From: Eledone cirrhosa
Lineage: Eukaryota
Direction of reading: 5' to 3'
Assembly: GCA_964016885.1 (NCBI GenBank)
Contig: CAXHJY010000303.1
Span: 1 to 64,000, forward strand
Length of the DNA stretch: 64,000 nt
Each line of letters starts with the position of its first letter. Position 1 is the first letter of the stretch. The translations under genes were made by a program, and so were the position numbers. Positions 29,205 through 42,813 of this stretch are shown here, in pieces. Under the pieces are notes generated by a model that was not told the DNA's origin, did no database searches, and saw only the letters and a program-made list of their open reading frames with translations.

Positions 29205-29482
29205 ACAGTTCAAAGCATGTAGTAGATATGAACTTGTGTTGCACATAGATGATGATCGTTGGGTGAAGAAGTGCCAGTAAATCCCAGTGGAAGAAAGATG
29301 CTGTAGAAGAGGACCAGGGAAGATCTGGGCAGAGGCAGTGAGAGCTGACCGCAAATCACTGAGACTCACAGAGGAGATGATGAAGGAACGTGATGAGTGG
29401 AGAGATGCTGTGTTAAATAGGACCCATCCAACCCATGCAAGTGTGGAAAAGCGAACATAAAAATTATGATGATGAAGATGAT
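29205..29482 (+). mobile_element. RTE-family 3' fragment
   Basis: Degraded HV...DDDRWVKKC...RGPGKIWAEAV, then acccatgcaagtgtggaaaagcgaacataaaa (gat)n. Confidence 0.72.
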
Positions 29483-30418
29483 GGTGACTCAATAGTTGAC
29501 AGGATGATACCTTAACCACTCAGCTATTTTAACTAATCAGTAATGAAGTAGTAATGATTCCTGATTGGAATCGGACATTTCTACAAACTTCATTTGAAGA
29601 GATATTTTGGAGGAATTTTGATTTTCCCCTTTTCATATGGTATTAAAACATTTATGAAACAATTGAAATATTGAAATTCTTAATGAAATGAATACCAGTA
29701 ATATCCTGGATTTCAACTTATTAACTGTATTCCTTCTCTAAGGTATTGAGTCATAGCAATATTAATAGCTTAAAAGTAATTGAAGCAGTAGGAATTTGGA
29801 TTAGTTATTTTATGGTCTCTAATTCTATACATTAATTCCTCAGTTCAAATCCTCATAGGTGCAATTTTGCCTTTCATCCCTTTGGTGTTGTTAATTGAAT
29901 ATACTCCAACCCTTTACAATAATGGACACTTTTGTAGTGGGCAGCAGTGGGTGGGGTATGGTGATGGAGAAGAGTTGTAATCATTTGAACCAGCAGACTC
30001 TGTGGTATATACAATGTAGCTGATTACAGCAAGCACTAGCTTGTAACACAGGCTGCTATTGCTGCTGTCAGCTTTCAATTCATGAACTTAACCTTCAACC
30101 CAACCCTCTCACTATGGCGTTGACACAGCTGCTGCTAGTAAGAATCTTGTTGCAAATGGGCAAGGGAGTAAGTATGCTTAGAATAATGGCAAGCAGTCCC
30201 TACAAGACTAGATGTACCCTGCTGTTGCACATCATGCCTTACCAATTGCATGGCATTTATATCTAGAATTCTACTATCTTTTGTGTTAAGTAAACAACAT
30301 TCTATGTTGATTTGAGAAAATATTACTTTGTGGTTGACTTGATATTATTTGTGATGGTTATTTGTGTGATCACAGCAAATATTTAACCAGGAACAACGAC
30401 ACTTGATGAAATATTGAA

Positions 30419-30534
30419 GTGGGTTTCATATATGCTAGTGTGTGTGTGTTTGTGAGAGAGAGGGGGCAAGGTCCACGTGGGTTTCATATATGCTAGTGTG
30501 TGTGTGTTTGTGAGCGAGAGGGGGCAAGGTCCAC
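30419..30534. repeat. 58-bp tandem duplication
   Basis: gtgggtttcatatatgctag...ggcaaggtccac x2, one mismatch. Confidence 0.9.
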
Positions 30535-30946
30535 ACTATTTTTCTAATAACAAATTTGATACTTTTTGTTCTCCAAACTAGAAGCTAATGGTATAGAATG
30601 ACTTCTGATGGAGTTGAAGGGATGCTGTAGTGACAAACAGCATTTTCCTCTCTAGGTCTGAACACTGCAGAGAAGGATAGAAAGTGAGAGAAAGAGATAT
30701 AGAGGAAGAATCAACCCCAGTACTAGACTGGTACTTTTTTTTTTATCGACCTTGAAAGTATGAAAGACAGTGTTGGTCTTGATGGGATTTGAATTCAAGG
30801 AGCAGAGAACCAGAATGAATAACACAAAGAATTCTATCCAATGTTCTAACGACTCTGCCAATTTGCTGCCTGGAAGCTAACAATGAAGTAAAAATGAAAT
30901 TAAGTATCCTTACTCTCTCTGTTGAAGGGTAAATAAGAGGTGATAT

Positions 30947-31161
30947 TGACCCTTTAACATTTAAACCAGCCGTATCCAGCCAGAATTCTCACAGCTCTTT
31001 CTGTCCAAACCAGTTGTAATCGGTCACTCATACCACTATTAACGTATTGTTCTCAAAATAAATAACATCAAAATCTCGTAGCTTCGATATTATGTGAGGT
31101 AAAGCCTTTACCGTGAAAATACAATAGTAAATATAGAGCAATGTAAATGTTAAAGGGTTAA
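30947..31161. mobile_element. TTAA-flanked MITE (piggyBac-like ends)
   Basis: ccctttaacattt...aaatgttaaagggttaa. Confidence 0.78.
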
Positions 31162-32861
31162 ATGTTATTGTCACATAGGTTAGCCCTCTTGTTAACCTCT
31201 TATTAATTTCTCATGAAAGACTGTTTTTCAGTTAATTTTGAAAATAAGAATTTTAATGCATTTAGTAAAATAGGTTATTTTTAAGCTGATGTTAAAAAAA
31301 ACTAACAAAACAAATGTTCTTATAAAAAATTATGATGGAATGTTTAATTTTAAATATGAATGCTTTAAAACAAAATACTTTATATCATAGAGTAGTATTG
31401 ACACCAAATTATTGGAAAACATTTCTGCTTCTACAATATAAAATTGCTTGTTTTAAATTGTTTATATTTATCTAAAAAAACCTTCCATCATAATTTTATG
31501 TAAGAACCTCCAAACCCCAGTTTAATCACATGAAAGTAATATAAATTTGACCACTTCAGTCTGTCACACAATGTGTGAATGTATGTGTGTTTCATGTGAA
31601 TGTATGCCTGTAAGTGTGTATTTTTGTGTTTCTGTGTTTGCGCATTTATATTTATATACTCATACATATAAATGTATGCACATATACACATATGCATCAG
31701 CATGTTGAAAAAGGTTCTAGTATTACTAAATTCCTCCAAATTCTTGATTATTTTTCAAAATTATTAAAAAAAACATAAGTGTTGTATTTCTTTAAAAATA
31801 CAGTAACAAATCAGTTGTTTTACTGAAGTAGAATAATAGACTGAATGCCAAACCATAACATTCTCTCTCCCATCGTTGTTACCATTGGCATCATCCATCT
31901 ATTCCATTGTCAGCAGCAATAAATCTGGTTATTGCTAAGAGGCCTGTATACTAAATGCTTAACCCTTTTGAGACCAAACTGCTTGAAACCATCTCTGGTT
32001 CTATGATACATAGCTGTTTATTTTAAAGTGTTATATTTATCTAAAAAGCTTCCATCAATTTTAGGTAAGGACCTTTTGTTAAGTTGTTCTAAATACCAAC
32101 TTAAGAATGGAGGAGTTATTTTACTAAATCTCTCCAAATTCTTGATTATTTTCAAAATTATTTGAAAATCATAGGCAGTGTCCTTCAATAGAAATATGGT
32201 AATATAAGGTTTAACAACTGAAAGATTTGGAGTTATGTAAGCAGTTAAATATTTTTAGGTTATTTAACACAACATCCTGCTATGATTTACCAGAAAATGT
32301 CTTTTAAAAAAACAGGCTTCTTAATTAAAATGTTTGTAGTATTCTTACTAGTGGATAAAAAATTATTGCAAAAATTTGCAATCTTAGAATAAGGACTTTA
32401 ATTTTTAATGCTATGTAGCCATAATTCTATTTTATATTTTTCAAGAATGTTTAGTTAATGTGGTTTCCTGAGGTACAAGAATTTAAGACCTAAGTGGTGA
32501 ATTGTCAGAGAAAGTGTTTAAGAGCATTTTGTTATGGCACTTTACATCCGGATTTCAAATCCCGTTGAGGTCAACTTTACTTTTCATCCTTCCAGGGTCA
32601 ATTAAATAAAGTATCAGTCAAGTACTGGGGTTGATCTAATTGGCTTTCTCCTCTCCACCCATTTTGTTGGTTTTATACCTAAATTAGAAACCATTTATGC
32701 ATCTCTGATAGAGAAAAAAACTATCTACAGTAGAAGCTGCTTATTGTGATCAAGTTGGGTCAAAACCTTTTCTATAACAATAACTAACTGATAACATTAA
32801 CCAATTTATAATATATTTTAACTGGAAAGTCACTAGAACTTACTATTTGATATCATTATCT

Positions 32862-33052
32862 GGCAGTGGATTGGCAGTATCGGTAGAGGGTCGGACGCCA
32901 TGCTTTGATGCATAGAGTTACGGTCCTTGCCATTCTGAGTTCAAATCCCGCCGAGGTTAACTTTGCCTTTCATCCTTACGGGGTCGATAAAATAAAATAC
33001 CAGTAATGCACTGGGTAATTGCTGGCCTTGTTCCAAAAGTAGAAACAATTAT
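32862..33052 (+). mobile_element. SINE family A
   Basis: Matches 10008-10205. Confidence 0.85.
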
Positions 33053-33136
33053 CTTTAACTGTAAATAAGTGACTGATGTTCATTGTATATTTAAACTGGC
33101 TGTATCTGGCCACTCATACTAAGGTATTCTCGACAC

Positions 33137-33490
33137 AAACGGGACAACCCATCTAATAACCCATGCTGGGTTAATAGACATTAAACAGCGATGATGATGA
33201 TATATATATATATCGTCGTCGTTTAACGTCCATCTTCCATGCTAGCATGGGTTAGACGGTTTTGTTCCATTTGATGCGGGAATGGTCGGGAGACCAGATC
33301 TCGCTCACACGGAAGCGTCTCTGGCAGGTTTTTTTTACAGCTGGATGCCCTTCCTAACACTAACCACATTTACAGTGTGGACTGGGAGCCTTTTCACTGT
33401 GTTTCTTACACGGCCACCTTACAGTGTGGACTGTTGTGTCATCAACACAGTGGACGGAACGGGAGAGGGAGGATGGGGTAGGGTGTACAT
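33137..33490. mobile_element. Two RTE 3'-end fragments tail-to-tail around a short (TA)n
   Basis: + fragment 33137-33200 ending (gat)n; - fragment 33212-33490. Confidence 0.72.
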
Positions 33491-33711
33491 TGAGTTATTT
33501 ACTAGAAACAAAATAAGATTTAATAATGTAATTTTGATTTGATATATTACAAAAAATAATGTTTTCCAATTTTTCATGCGTTACATTTTACATTGAGTAC
33601 TATTGAAATGCAGAGTTTTCTTCCATAAATTATATCACTGATTTAAAATCAATCATCATTTTCTTACAAAAAAAATGTGTTAAATGCACCAAAGCACGAG
33701 TAATTCGGCTA

Positions 33712-33744
<33 letters not shown>

Positions 33745-33747
<3 letters not shown>

Positions 33748-36018
33748 TCATCATCATCTTCATTTAACGTCCATTTTCCACGCTAGCATGGGTTAGACGG
33801 GAGTTGTCCCACTTGAAGCAAGGCTGGTCGGGTGACCGTGTCTCACTCATATAGGACTATCTGGCACGTTTTCTATGGCTGGATGCCCTTCCTAACACCA
33901 ACCACATTTACAGTGTGAAACTGGGAACTTTTTACCGTGTTACCTACACGGTCACATTACAGCATGGACTGTGTGTGTGTTTTTTGTCGTGACACCTACA
34001 CGATCTCGATTTCATTTTCTCGTGCTGTTGGTGCGAGTGGGAGGATGGGGTAGGGGTAGTGGATCGGGGTGTATATTTGGTTAAGAGGTGCCTACTGACT
34101 GAAGGTTTCGCTTTGTACATAGGCAAGGCGTGTCTTCTGTATTACTGCCTAGCGCCAAAGATCTCGGTCCAGAGACATTGTCTTAGAGAGATGTAAGTGT
34201 GTGAGGTCGGAATTTATCAGATCATCCCAGGTTTTTCTGGTTCTACCTACTCCGTAACTACCATCAATTTTGATCGCCCTGCACTTTTTTATGCAGCTGT
34301 CGTCTTTCATGCGCATCACGTGACCATACCAACATAGTCTTCTCTCAAGTAAACAGCATCTTATCCCTCTTATTCCTAATTTCTCACTAGTTCATTTATG
34401 CTTTGCTGTTCACGTATATTACTATTACACATCCAACGGAGCATGCATGCTTCGTTTCTTTCCAGTCTACGCAGGTCCTCTGCATGTAATGCCCATGTCT
34501 CACTGCCATGTAGCATTGCTGTTCGTTTACAGGCATCATACAGCCTGCCTTTCATTTTTAGAGAGAAACCTTTTGTGGCCAACAGCAGTATAAGCTCTCT
34601 GAACATTTTCCATCCTGTTCTGACTCTGGCTACTGTACTTTCAGAACACCCTCCACCACTGCTGATTTCGTCACCCAGGTAACGGAAAGTGTCTACTATT
34701 TCTATAGAACCATCTGGACAATAGAAGGAGCTAGTATCCTTTGGACACTTGCTACCTATTGCAACTGAGCATCGGCCACATATAAAGTCTACGTTCTTAG
34801 ATAGTTTACCTGTGATCCCACTACATCTTTTATGTACCCATACTTTGCATTTGGGACATAAAATGGAATTTCTGCCTACTCCTTTCCTACACACTGAGCA
34901 TGGCCATTTCCCTGAGGGCACCTGTGCCCTATTTTCCTTTCTACAAACTAGAACTTTAGTCTTAGACAAGTTAACTTTAAGGCCTTTTGATTCTAGGCCG
35001 TGCTTCCATGTTTGGAATTTCTTCTCTAGTTGCTTCTAGCCATTGATTCAGCTATGAGCGTTAGATCATCTGCGTATAGGAGTTCCCATGGGCAGCCATC
35101 TTGAACTCCTTTGTTATAGCCTGAATGGCAATAATAATTAAGAGGGGGCTAAGGACAGAGCCTTGATGAACGCCAACTTTTACACTAAATTCTTCACAAT
35201 ATTCATTGTTAATTCTAACCTTACTGACTGTTTCATTATACATAGCTTGTATAGCTCTCACATGCCATTCATCTACACCTAGTTTTCTAAGAGCCCACCA
35301 GATAATGTAGTTGTCGTACAAGAAAAAAAGTGTCTGTGGTACTTTTACCTGACACAAACCCAAACTGCATTTCATCTAGATCAATTCGCTCTCTGATTAG
35401 TTGCGCTATAACTCTTTCTGTGACCTTCATGACCTGGTCAACTAACTTAATGCCTCTATAGTTTCCCCTATCTAGAGCATCCCCTTTACCCTTGTAGCAG
35501 CATCTACGCCAGTCTTTCGGTATGACCCAATTCTGTATTACTTGGTTAACTATACGGGTGACCATAGTGTGTCCCACCTTACCAGATGCCTTCAACATCT
35601 CAGCAACTATCTCTGAAAGCCCAGCTACCTTGCCTGTCTTCATATCTTTGATTGCCTTACTTATTATGCTACCTTTAACTTGCACCGCTGGTCCTTCTAT
35701 TGGATCGATTTGGGGCAGACTATCTTTTTCCCATTTATTCTCCTCATTTAATAGTCTCTCGTAGTGACACTTCCAGGCTATCTTCTTATCAGTATCAGTG
35801 AGCGCAAGTACACCATTATCATTACGGACACACTTCTCCCCGACAATATCACGGTTTTCCTTGACACATTGTCTAGCAATCCTGAACACCTCACGTTTTT
35901 GGTCCTCACGTTGTAGAACATGCTTGAACTTTCTATCCTCTGCTACCCTTTTTGCAAGGTACACTTGTCTCCTAGCTTCTCTTCTGGCCACTTGATAGTG
36001 CTCTCTACTTCCCCCATC
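33745..36018 (-). mobile_element. 5'-truncated, frameshifted RTE-clade LINE with a PHD-like Cys/His insert
   Basis: YKGKGDALDRGNYRGIKL, MQFGF, GVHQGSVLSPLL, CSVC..SILCPKCKVWVHKRC..FICGRC, FRYLG, MLHGSETW; (GAT)n tail. Confidence 0.93.
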
Positions 36019-36113
36019 ATTTCATCATCATCATTTTACGTCCGCTTTTCCCCGCTTTCATAAACAAGAAGTATAAGTCAACAGGTTAAAATTAACTTTG
36101 TTTATTTATATTT

Positions 36114-36172
36114 GCTGTTATATATATTTCGGTGATAACCATTATGCAACAGCTATGACCTCATCAGTCAGC
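36114..36172 (-). ncRNA. Minimal type I hammerhead ribozyme, slightly degenerate
   Basis: Minus strand: gctga CTGATGA ggtcatagctgtt-gcat-aatggttatcacc GAA at-atat-at A acagc, then aataaa; the first pair of stem I is an A-A mismatch. Confidence 0.68.
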
Positions 36173-37099
36173 TAGAATTTGAACAGAAAAAACATAACAA
36201 ATGGAATAAAGTTTATTTCTTATTTCAATTTTTTGATATGCTCAGTGGTGAAGTTTGGTTATATATACAAACACATACGTATATATATATATATATACAT
36301 ACATACACACACACCAGGAGCAAACACCTTAACCACACAGCTATATTTGCAACAATATGGTGGTAAATGAGAATTTACTTTTGAAATATTTGACTATTGC
36401 TGTGAAGTATTTAACAAACTACAGCAATTTTAGTTTCTAACAGAGATTATCAGCTAAAAGATCTTTTGATATAATAACAAAATCCACTTTGCTATAAACA
36501 CTCATCTTTTTCTATTGCTTAATTATGATCTTTTTTGTATTCACTTATAAATTTATAATATTATATATTAGTAATATAATTAACAGCGATTGGAAATAAA
36601 CTGATATCTATATTTTATTAATATTTATTGAAAAAATATTAACTAAATTGTAGGAAATGTAGTTAGGAAGGAATTATTGATTATGTGATTGTTGTGGAAA
36701 GCTTCTTTGATAGTTGTAAAGAACATTATTAGAAGAGTTACCAGTTGTCTTTTGAACCAATATTGCCAAATAAAGAACCCCCCACTAATGCAATAAATAT
36801 ATACTTAATTGAATTAGAAAGACCAAGGTTAGGTTAGCATATTTTGCAAGTTTCACTATTAACATTATTTAATGTGAACTTCTATTGTTAATTTTATGTC
36901 TGATTACAATCAAAGCTGTAGAATCTGTACAAACATATATAATGATATAATGATTTCAATGCCACACAAAAATGTGTTAAAGTGTTTATTTAGTTTGTGA
37001 CCTGTTGTTTCTGAGTTCAAATCTTACCATTCTCAACTTTAATTTAAAATTGTTTGGGTGTCAGTAAACTAAAGTGCCTATAAATGTACTTGCTTGAGT

Positions 37100-37372
37100 A
37101 TCATCATCACCATCACCAACATTATCAACACCATCATCATCACCAGCATCAACACCACCAGCATCATCAACACCATCATCACCACCATCATCACCACCAC
37201 TGCCACCATTACCACCATCACCACCACCACCACTACCACCACCATCATCATCATCACCACCACCATCACCACCGCCATCACCACCACCACCACCACTATC
37301 ACCACCACCACCATCACAACCATCATCACTACCACCATCACCACCACCACCACCACCATCACTACCACCACC
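37100..37372. repeat. (CAC/CAT)n trinucleotide repeat
   Basis: Direct reading; the poly-His/Thr/Val ORFs are artefacts. Confidence 0.95.
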
Positions 37373-37915
37373 AAATATCTTGTGTAGTTCTTATACATTC
37401 ACTATATTTTAGACATGTCCAATTCTTAATATAATTCTTTCACTTAATTCTTGGTATTTCCCTTTCCTATCTTTCCATTTATTTTTCTTTCTATTAATTG
37501 TCTCTGTAAAACATCTTTTTCTTCTAATTAGATGTCAAAAATATTTTACTTTTCTCTCTTTGGCAACGTCTTATAAAATGTTATTAGTTTTTGTTATTTT
37601 TATTATTTTCTCATTGTTTTTTGTTCTGTCCATGATATTCTCAAAGGCTTGCAATCTATTTGATAAATACTGTTAATGTCTAATGTTTCAACTATATATT
37701 GTAGTGTAAACCATACATAACATTTTAATAACTTTTTTTTACTATACTACCTTCCTTACAAAATTTGGCTTTATTCTTAGTAAAAAAAAAAAAGAAGCCA
37801 ATATTAACTCTTTCATGACCATATTTCTCTTAAATATGTTTTAATTAATTTTGAAAATAATAAAAAATTTGGAATTAAAAAAAAAACAAAAAAAACTCTT
37901 TCATTAAGCTAGTAT

Positions 37916-38142
37916 TAACCCTTTAACATTTACATTACTCTATATATACTATTGTATTTTCATGGTAAAAGCTTTACCTCGTATAATTATCTCACATAAT
38001 ATCGAATCTATGAGATTTTGAAAGTATTTATTTTGAGAACAATACCTTAACATCAGTTTGAGTGACCGGTTACAGCCAGTTTCAACAGAAAGTGGTAGAG
38101 AACTCTGGCCGGTTTTGGCCGGTTTGAACATTAAAGGGTTAA
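37916..38142. mobile_element. TTAA-flanked MITE (piggyBac-like ends)
   Basis: ttaa-ccctttaa...ttaaaggg-ttaa. Confidence 0.78.
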
Positions 38143-40539
38143 GAAGATAACAACAAATTCCTTACATAAAATTATAACAAAGTTTTAATTTAGATATGAA
38201 CACTTTAAAATGGGCAGTTTTGGTTTCAGGCAGGTTGGTGGTAGTGATAGAGTCATGAAAAATAAAATAAACTGTTTTTTAAGTTACTTCATATTTAACC
38301 CTTTTCATATAAAACTGCCTGAAACAATACAAATCTGTTTATCTTTAAGTGTTTATATTTATCTAAAAACCTCTCAGCATAATTTTATGTAAGAACATTT
38401 ATCAAGTTATTTTCCAAACACCAGTTATGTTATTAAAATTCACCTGTGAAGCCACATAGCTTAGTGGTTAGGTTGTGAGTTCGATTCCTGTTGGTGCATT
38501 GTGCCCTTGTGCAAGACACTTGACTTTATGATGCTTCAGTCCATTCAGCTAGCAAAAATGAGTTGTACCTGTAATTCAAAGGGCCAACCTTATCACATTC
38601 TGTGTCACACTGAATCACTCTTTAGATATGTGTGTCTGTTGAATGATCAGTCACTTGCATGTTAATTTTATGAGCAGGCTGTTCCATTGATTGTATCAAC
38701 TGGAACACTCATTGTAACTGTTTGAGTACCAGTTAATATCACTCTAAATTCATGATTGTTTGAAAGTCATATGCACTATCTTCTATTGGAAATATGGTAA
38801 TAAAAGGGTTAATACAAAATAGAGTTGTATTTTTTTTACATTGGTTTCAGCAAGTTAGCTACTAATTTTGCAGTTTTCTATGGCTGTAAAAGATAGATTG
38901 CACTATAGTTGCTAATTGATTGCCTTAAGGGAGCTGTTATGTAGATTGCTAGTCTATATCGGCCAAATCTTACATACCCCCCCCCCCCCCCCCCACACAC
39001 ACACACTTTATTGTATTACATTTTTGTGTGTGTATTGGACCTTTGCTGGTTCCGATAAGAAGTGTTCTGGGTATTTCATCAACGAAACAGCTTGCTTGTG
39101 AAATCAGCGTGCAAATGGCTGAGCATTCCACAGACACAGGTACTCTTAGTATAATTCTCAGGAAGATTCAGTATGAGAAGTCTGGCTTTTTGAGTTACAC
39201 ACAGGTACAATTCATTTTTCCAGCTGAGTGAATTAAAACAACATGAGCTAAAGTGTCTTGCTCAGATACAACACATTGCTAAGAACGAACTCCTGACCAT
39301 ATGATTGTGAACTGAACACCCTAACCACTAAGCCACATACCCTCAATCTGGCTGCACATATTCATTAGTATTTTAACTAATCACAGAGGAGAGGGTCATG
39401 ATTAATTAACCAGTTAATAACCAAAACAGATTGAAATATACACGCCTACTTATAAAAGCTCCTATTTTCATACAAATAATTTGTCATTTACATTTAGTCG
39501 GGTATATTGAAATTTAGTTTGATATAGTTGAAAATTACTGGTACCATGTAACCCAGTACAACCTGCTTCATGGTCAAATGATCAGCAACTAAACTGGCTC
39601 CCCACCAGACCAGGGTCTAATGAGGAGGGTAAGTGGAACCCCCAGCAACACAAAAAACAAGATCTATTAAATAGCCTCACCAACCTGCACTTGGCCAACT
39701 ATGGTGAGTATGGCTACACACCTGACATGACCAAAACCAAACAGAAAGCAGTGGAGGTCAACCAGGGAAGAGTTGCTCCAACAGGAGTGAGAAGGCCTTG
39801 GATTGGATAGTTGAAAAGTTAAAAATAGATGAAGACAAACATAAAAGATGCAATAAAAGGAAGTAACAGAATATATAGTTGTCTTCAATGGAGACAATGA
39901 CAATCTGTGTTCCTTAACACATTGGGCACCAAACTGCCTGAATCTGCCCTGGTTCTATGATACAAAGCTGTTTGTTAAAGTGTTTATATTTATCTAAAAA
40001 CCGTCCATTAATTTTCTGTAAGAGCTTAATAATGAGAAAGTTAATTATTTTATTACTAAGTCCCTCCAAATTCTTGATTATTTTCAAATTATTTTCAAAT
40101 CATAGGCAATGTATTTCATGAAAAATATGGTAATAAATGGTTAAACAGTGCCAAAAATTCAGTTACTTCACATAATAAAAACACTCTTGTATATTATTCT
40201 TTTTAGATATAAACAATACACAATTAACCCTTTTGTTACCAACCCACCTGAAAAACTGAACCTGACCCTGATTTTATGATACAAAATCTCATTTAAAGTG
40301 ACCCTATTTAAATTAAAACCTTCCATAATAATTTTCTGTAAGATCCTTTTGTTAAGTAAATAATATTCCAAACATCAGCTTAACTCTTTTCATTAACATC
40401 CTAGCCAACACTGGCTTTGGTTCTATGAAACAAATCCACCCATTTTAAAGGGTTCCGATTTAAATTATGATAAAATCATCTAACATAATTTTACATAAGC
40501 ATCAGAATTACAGACATGAAAAGATTAATAATAGTTACA

Positions 40540-41932
40540 AGCCAGCAATTTTGGGGGGAGGAGAAAGTTGATTAAATCGACCCCCAGTTCATTACTGGTG
40601 CTTTATTTTATCAACCCTGTAAGGATGAAAGGCAAAGCTAACCTCGGCAGGATTTGAACTCAGAATGTAAAGAGTCATAACTCTATGCCACTAATTATGT
40701 TATCCGACGCCTTGTGGGTTTGATTCCTGGACTGGGTTGTATGTTGTGTTCTTGAGCAAAGCACTTCATTTCATGTTGCTCCAATATACTCAGCTGGAAC
40801 TGAGTACCAGCAATAGCTGGGGGTTTAACCCTACGATGCACTGGTGTCATGTTCAGGAGGGAGTTATGTACTCTCAGTCACTTAACACCACAAAAACCAG
40901 GATAAGCATCGGCTTGATGCGCGTCCAGGCTTGTGACAGTTTTAGATTAGGGGGTTGAACTCATCATAAGTTTGTTGATTTAATTCCTGCACTGGGCAAC
41001 ATGTTGCATTCTTGAGTAAGATGTTTCATTTCAGGTTGCTTTTTAGGCCTGATAAGACAAGCCCCTATCATTAAAACACCCAAGAAACTTCTTATGAGAT
41101 ACAAGTTCGTATTAGGCTGGCTACATTTGTATACATGTGATTTGTGATTGTAAATTTCACTTTTCATTTTCATTGAAAGGTGTTAAGTGACAAAATTAGA
41201 AACAACAAAAGACCCTTTCCCTGAAAAATAACAATGACATTAACAACAATAATAATGGTTTCTATATTTAGCACAAGGCCAGCAATTTGAAGGGAAGGGG
41301 GGAAAGTCGATGAAATCGACTCCAGTGCGTGACTGGTACTTTATTTTATCAACCCCATAAGGATGAAAGGCAAAGCTAACCTCAACAGGATTTGAACTCA
41401 GAATGTAAAGAGCTGTATGCCACAAAACATGTTGTCCGACACCCTATCTATACTACCAATCCACCACCCTATTAACAACAAAAATAATAAAAATAGTTTC
41501 TAAAATAGGTAGAAGGCCAGCAATTTGGTCGTAGGGGAAAGTCGATTGACCCCAGTAATTGACTTGTATTTTATTTCATTGGCCCTGGAATGATAGAAGT
41601 TGAAATTAACCTTGGTGGGATTGTCAGGTTGCAAGGAATAATAGCAGTTAAGTCCCTGAAATTAGTAAGAAAAGAAAAGGTGTAAGCATGACTATACCTG
41701 ATGTTGTGAGAATAATGGTTTCTTATATAGGCACAAGGCCAGAAATTTTGAGGGAGGGGAAAATTGATTCAATCGATCCCAGTGTATGACTGGTACTATA
41801 TTTTTTTGACCCCTTAAGGATGAAAAGCAGAATTAACCTTGGCGGGATTTGAACTCAGATCATAAAGGGCTGTAACTCTATGCCGCAAAGCATGGCGTCC
41901 GACCCTCTACCGATACTGCCAATCCACTGCCC
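40540..41932. mobile_element. Cluster of SINEs (family A minus-strand copies ~40540-40710, 41240-41470, 41713-41932; family C ~40710-40950)
   Basis: Repeated ggatgaaaggcaaag..aacct..gcgggatttgaactcag motif. Confidence 0.8.
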
Positions 41933-42232
41933 TTGATGCTGTAAGAATAATGAAATGAAATTCTTTGAGGAGAAATGGTCTTAGACACTGTAGATGTAAT
42001 AAAGAAAGAAATATCTCTAAACAGAAGTGTTTACATGATAAAGAAAAAAATGTACTCCAACTATTAAAAGCCCCCTTGGAAACTGAACATTTACAGGAAG
42101 TACAAGAGTATAAACGGACATTCTTATAGGAAGTGTGTACATCCTGAGTAAGAACCTCTCTACACGAGAAGGAAACAAAATAGCATAGACGTATGTGTGT
42201 GTAGTGCTTTTGTTCTGTGTATGAACATAATT

Positions 42233-42268
<36 letters not shown>

Positions 42269-42434
42269 GTTTATGAGGTTATAGTGTAGTACTTCACTAT
42301 TTTCATTGGTAAGGTGAGATAAGCCTGATGCACTTTACCATCCTCAGTTCTTCAGGAGCAAAACACTGGATGTTTTATGAGCAGTTCAGGTAGCAAAGCA
42401 TTTAAAATTCAAAATTTTAAGAAAGTCAATGATA

Positions 42435-42630
42435 GGATGGTGGATTGGCAGTATCGGTAGAGGGTTGGATGCCATACTTTGCAGCAAAGAGTTACGGCTC
42501 TTTATGGTCTGAGTTCAAATCCCGCCGAGGTTAACTTTGCCTTTCATCCTTACGGGGTCGATAAAATAAAGTACCAGTAATGCACTGGGTAATTGCTGGC
42601 CTTGTGCCAAAAGTAGAAACAATTATTTAT
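42435..42630 (+). mobile_element. SINE family A
   Basis: Matches 10008-10205. Confidence 0.85.
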
Positions 42631-42813
42631 TTATACATCTCTATTAATACCATAAGACAAATATCAAAAAAATGAGAGGATTCAAAGTATGGAGCCTTTA
42701 GTCAAGCAGTTAAAATTTCAAGTGTAAATTTAGCATAGGCTTGTACAAGGGTTTTTTTAAACATGCAAGCTTATAAATTTATCTGCTTTTTTTTTCAGGA
42801 AAAAACACACACC

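Noticed and set aside
33500-33713. Third Helitron 3' end (…cggCTAG|T)
   Set aside because: The subterminal hairpin is weak and no 5' TC end is identifiable.
37078-37434. Poly-His and poly-Val ORFs
   Set aside because: Trinucleotide repeat with no exon evidence.
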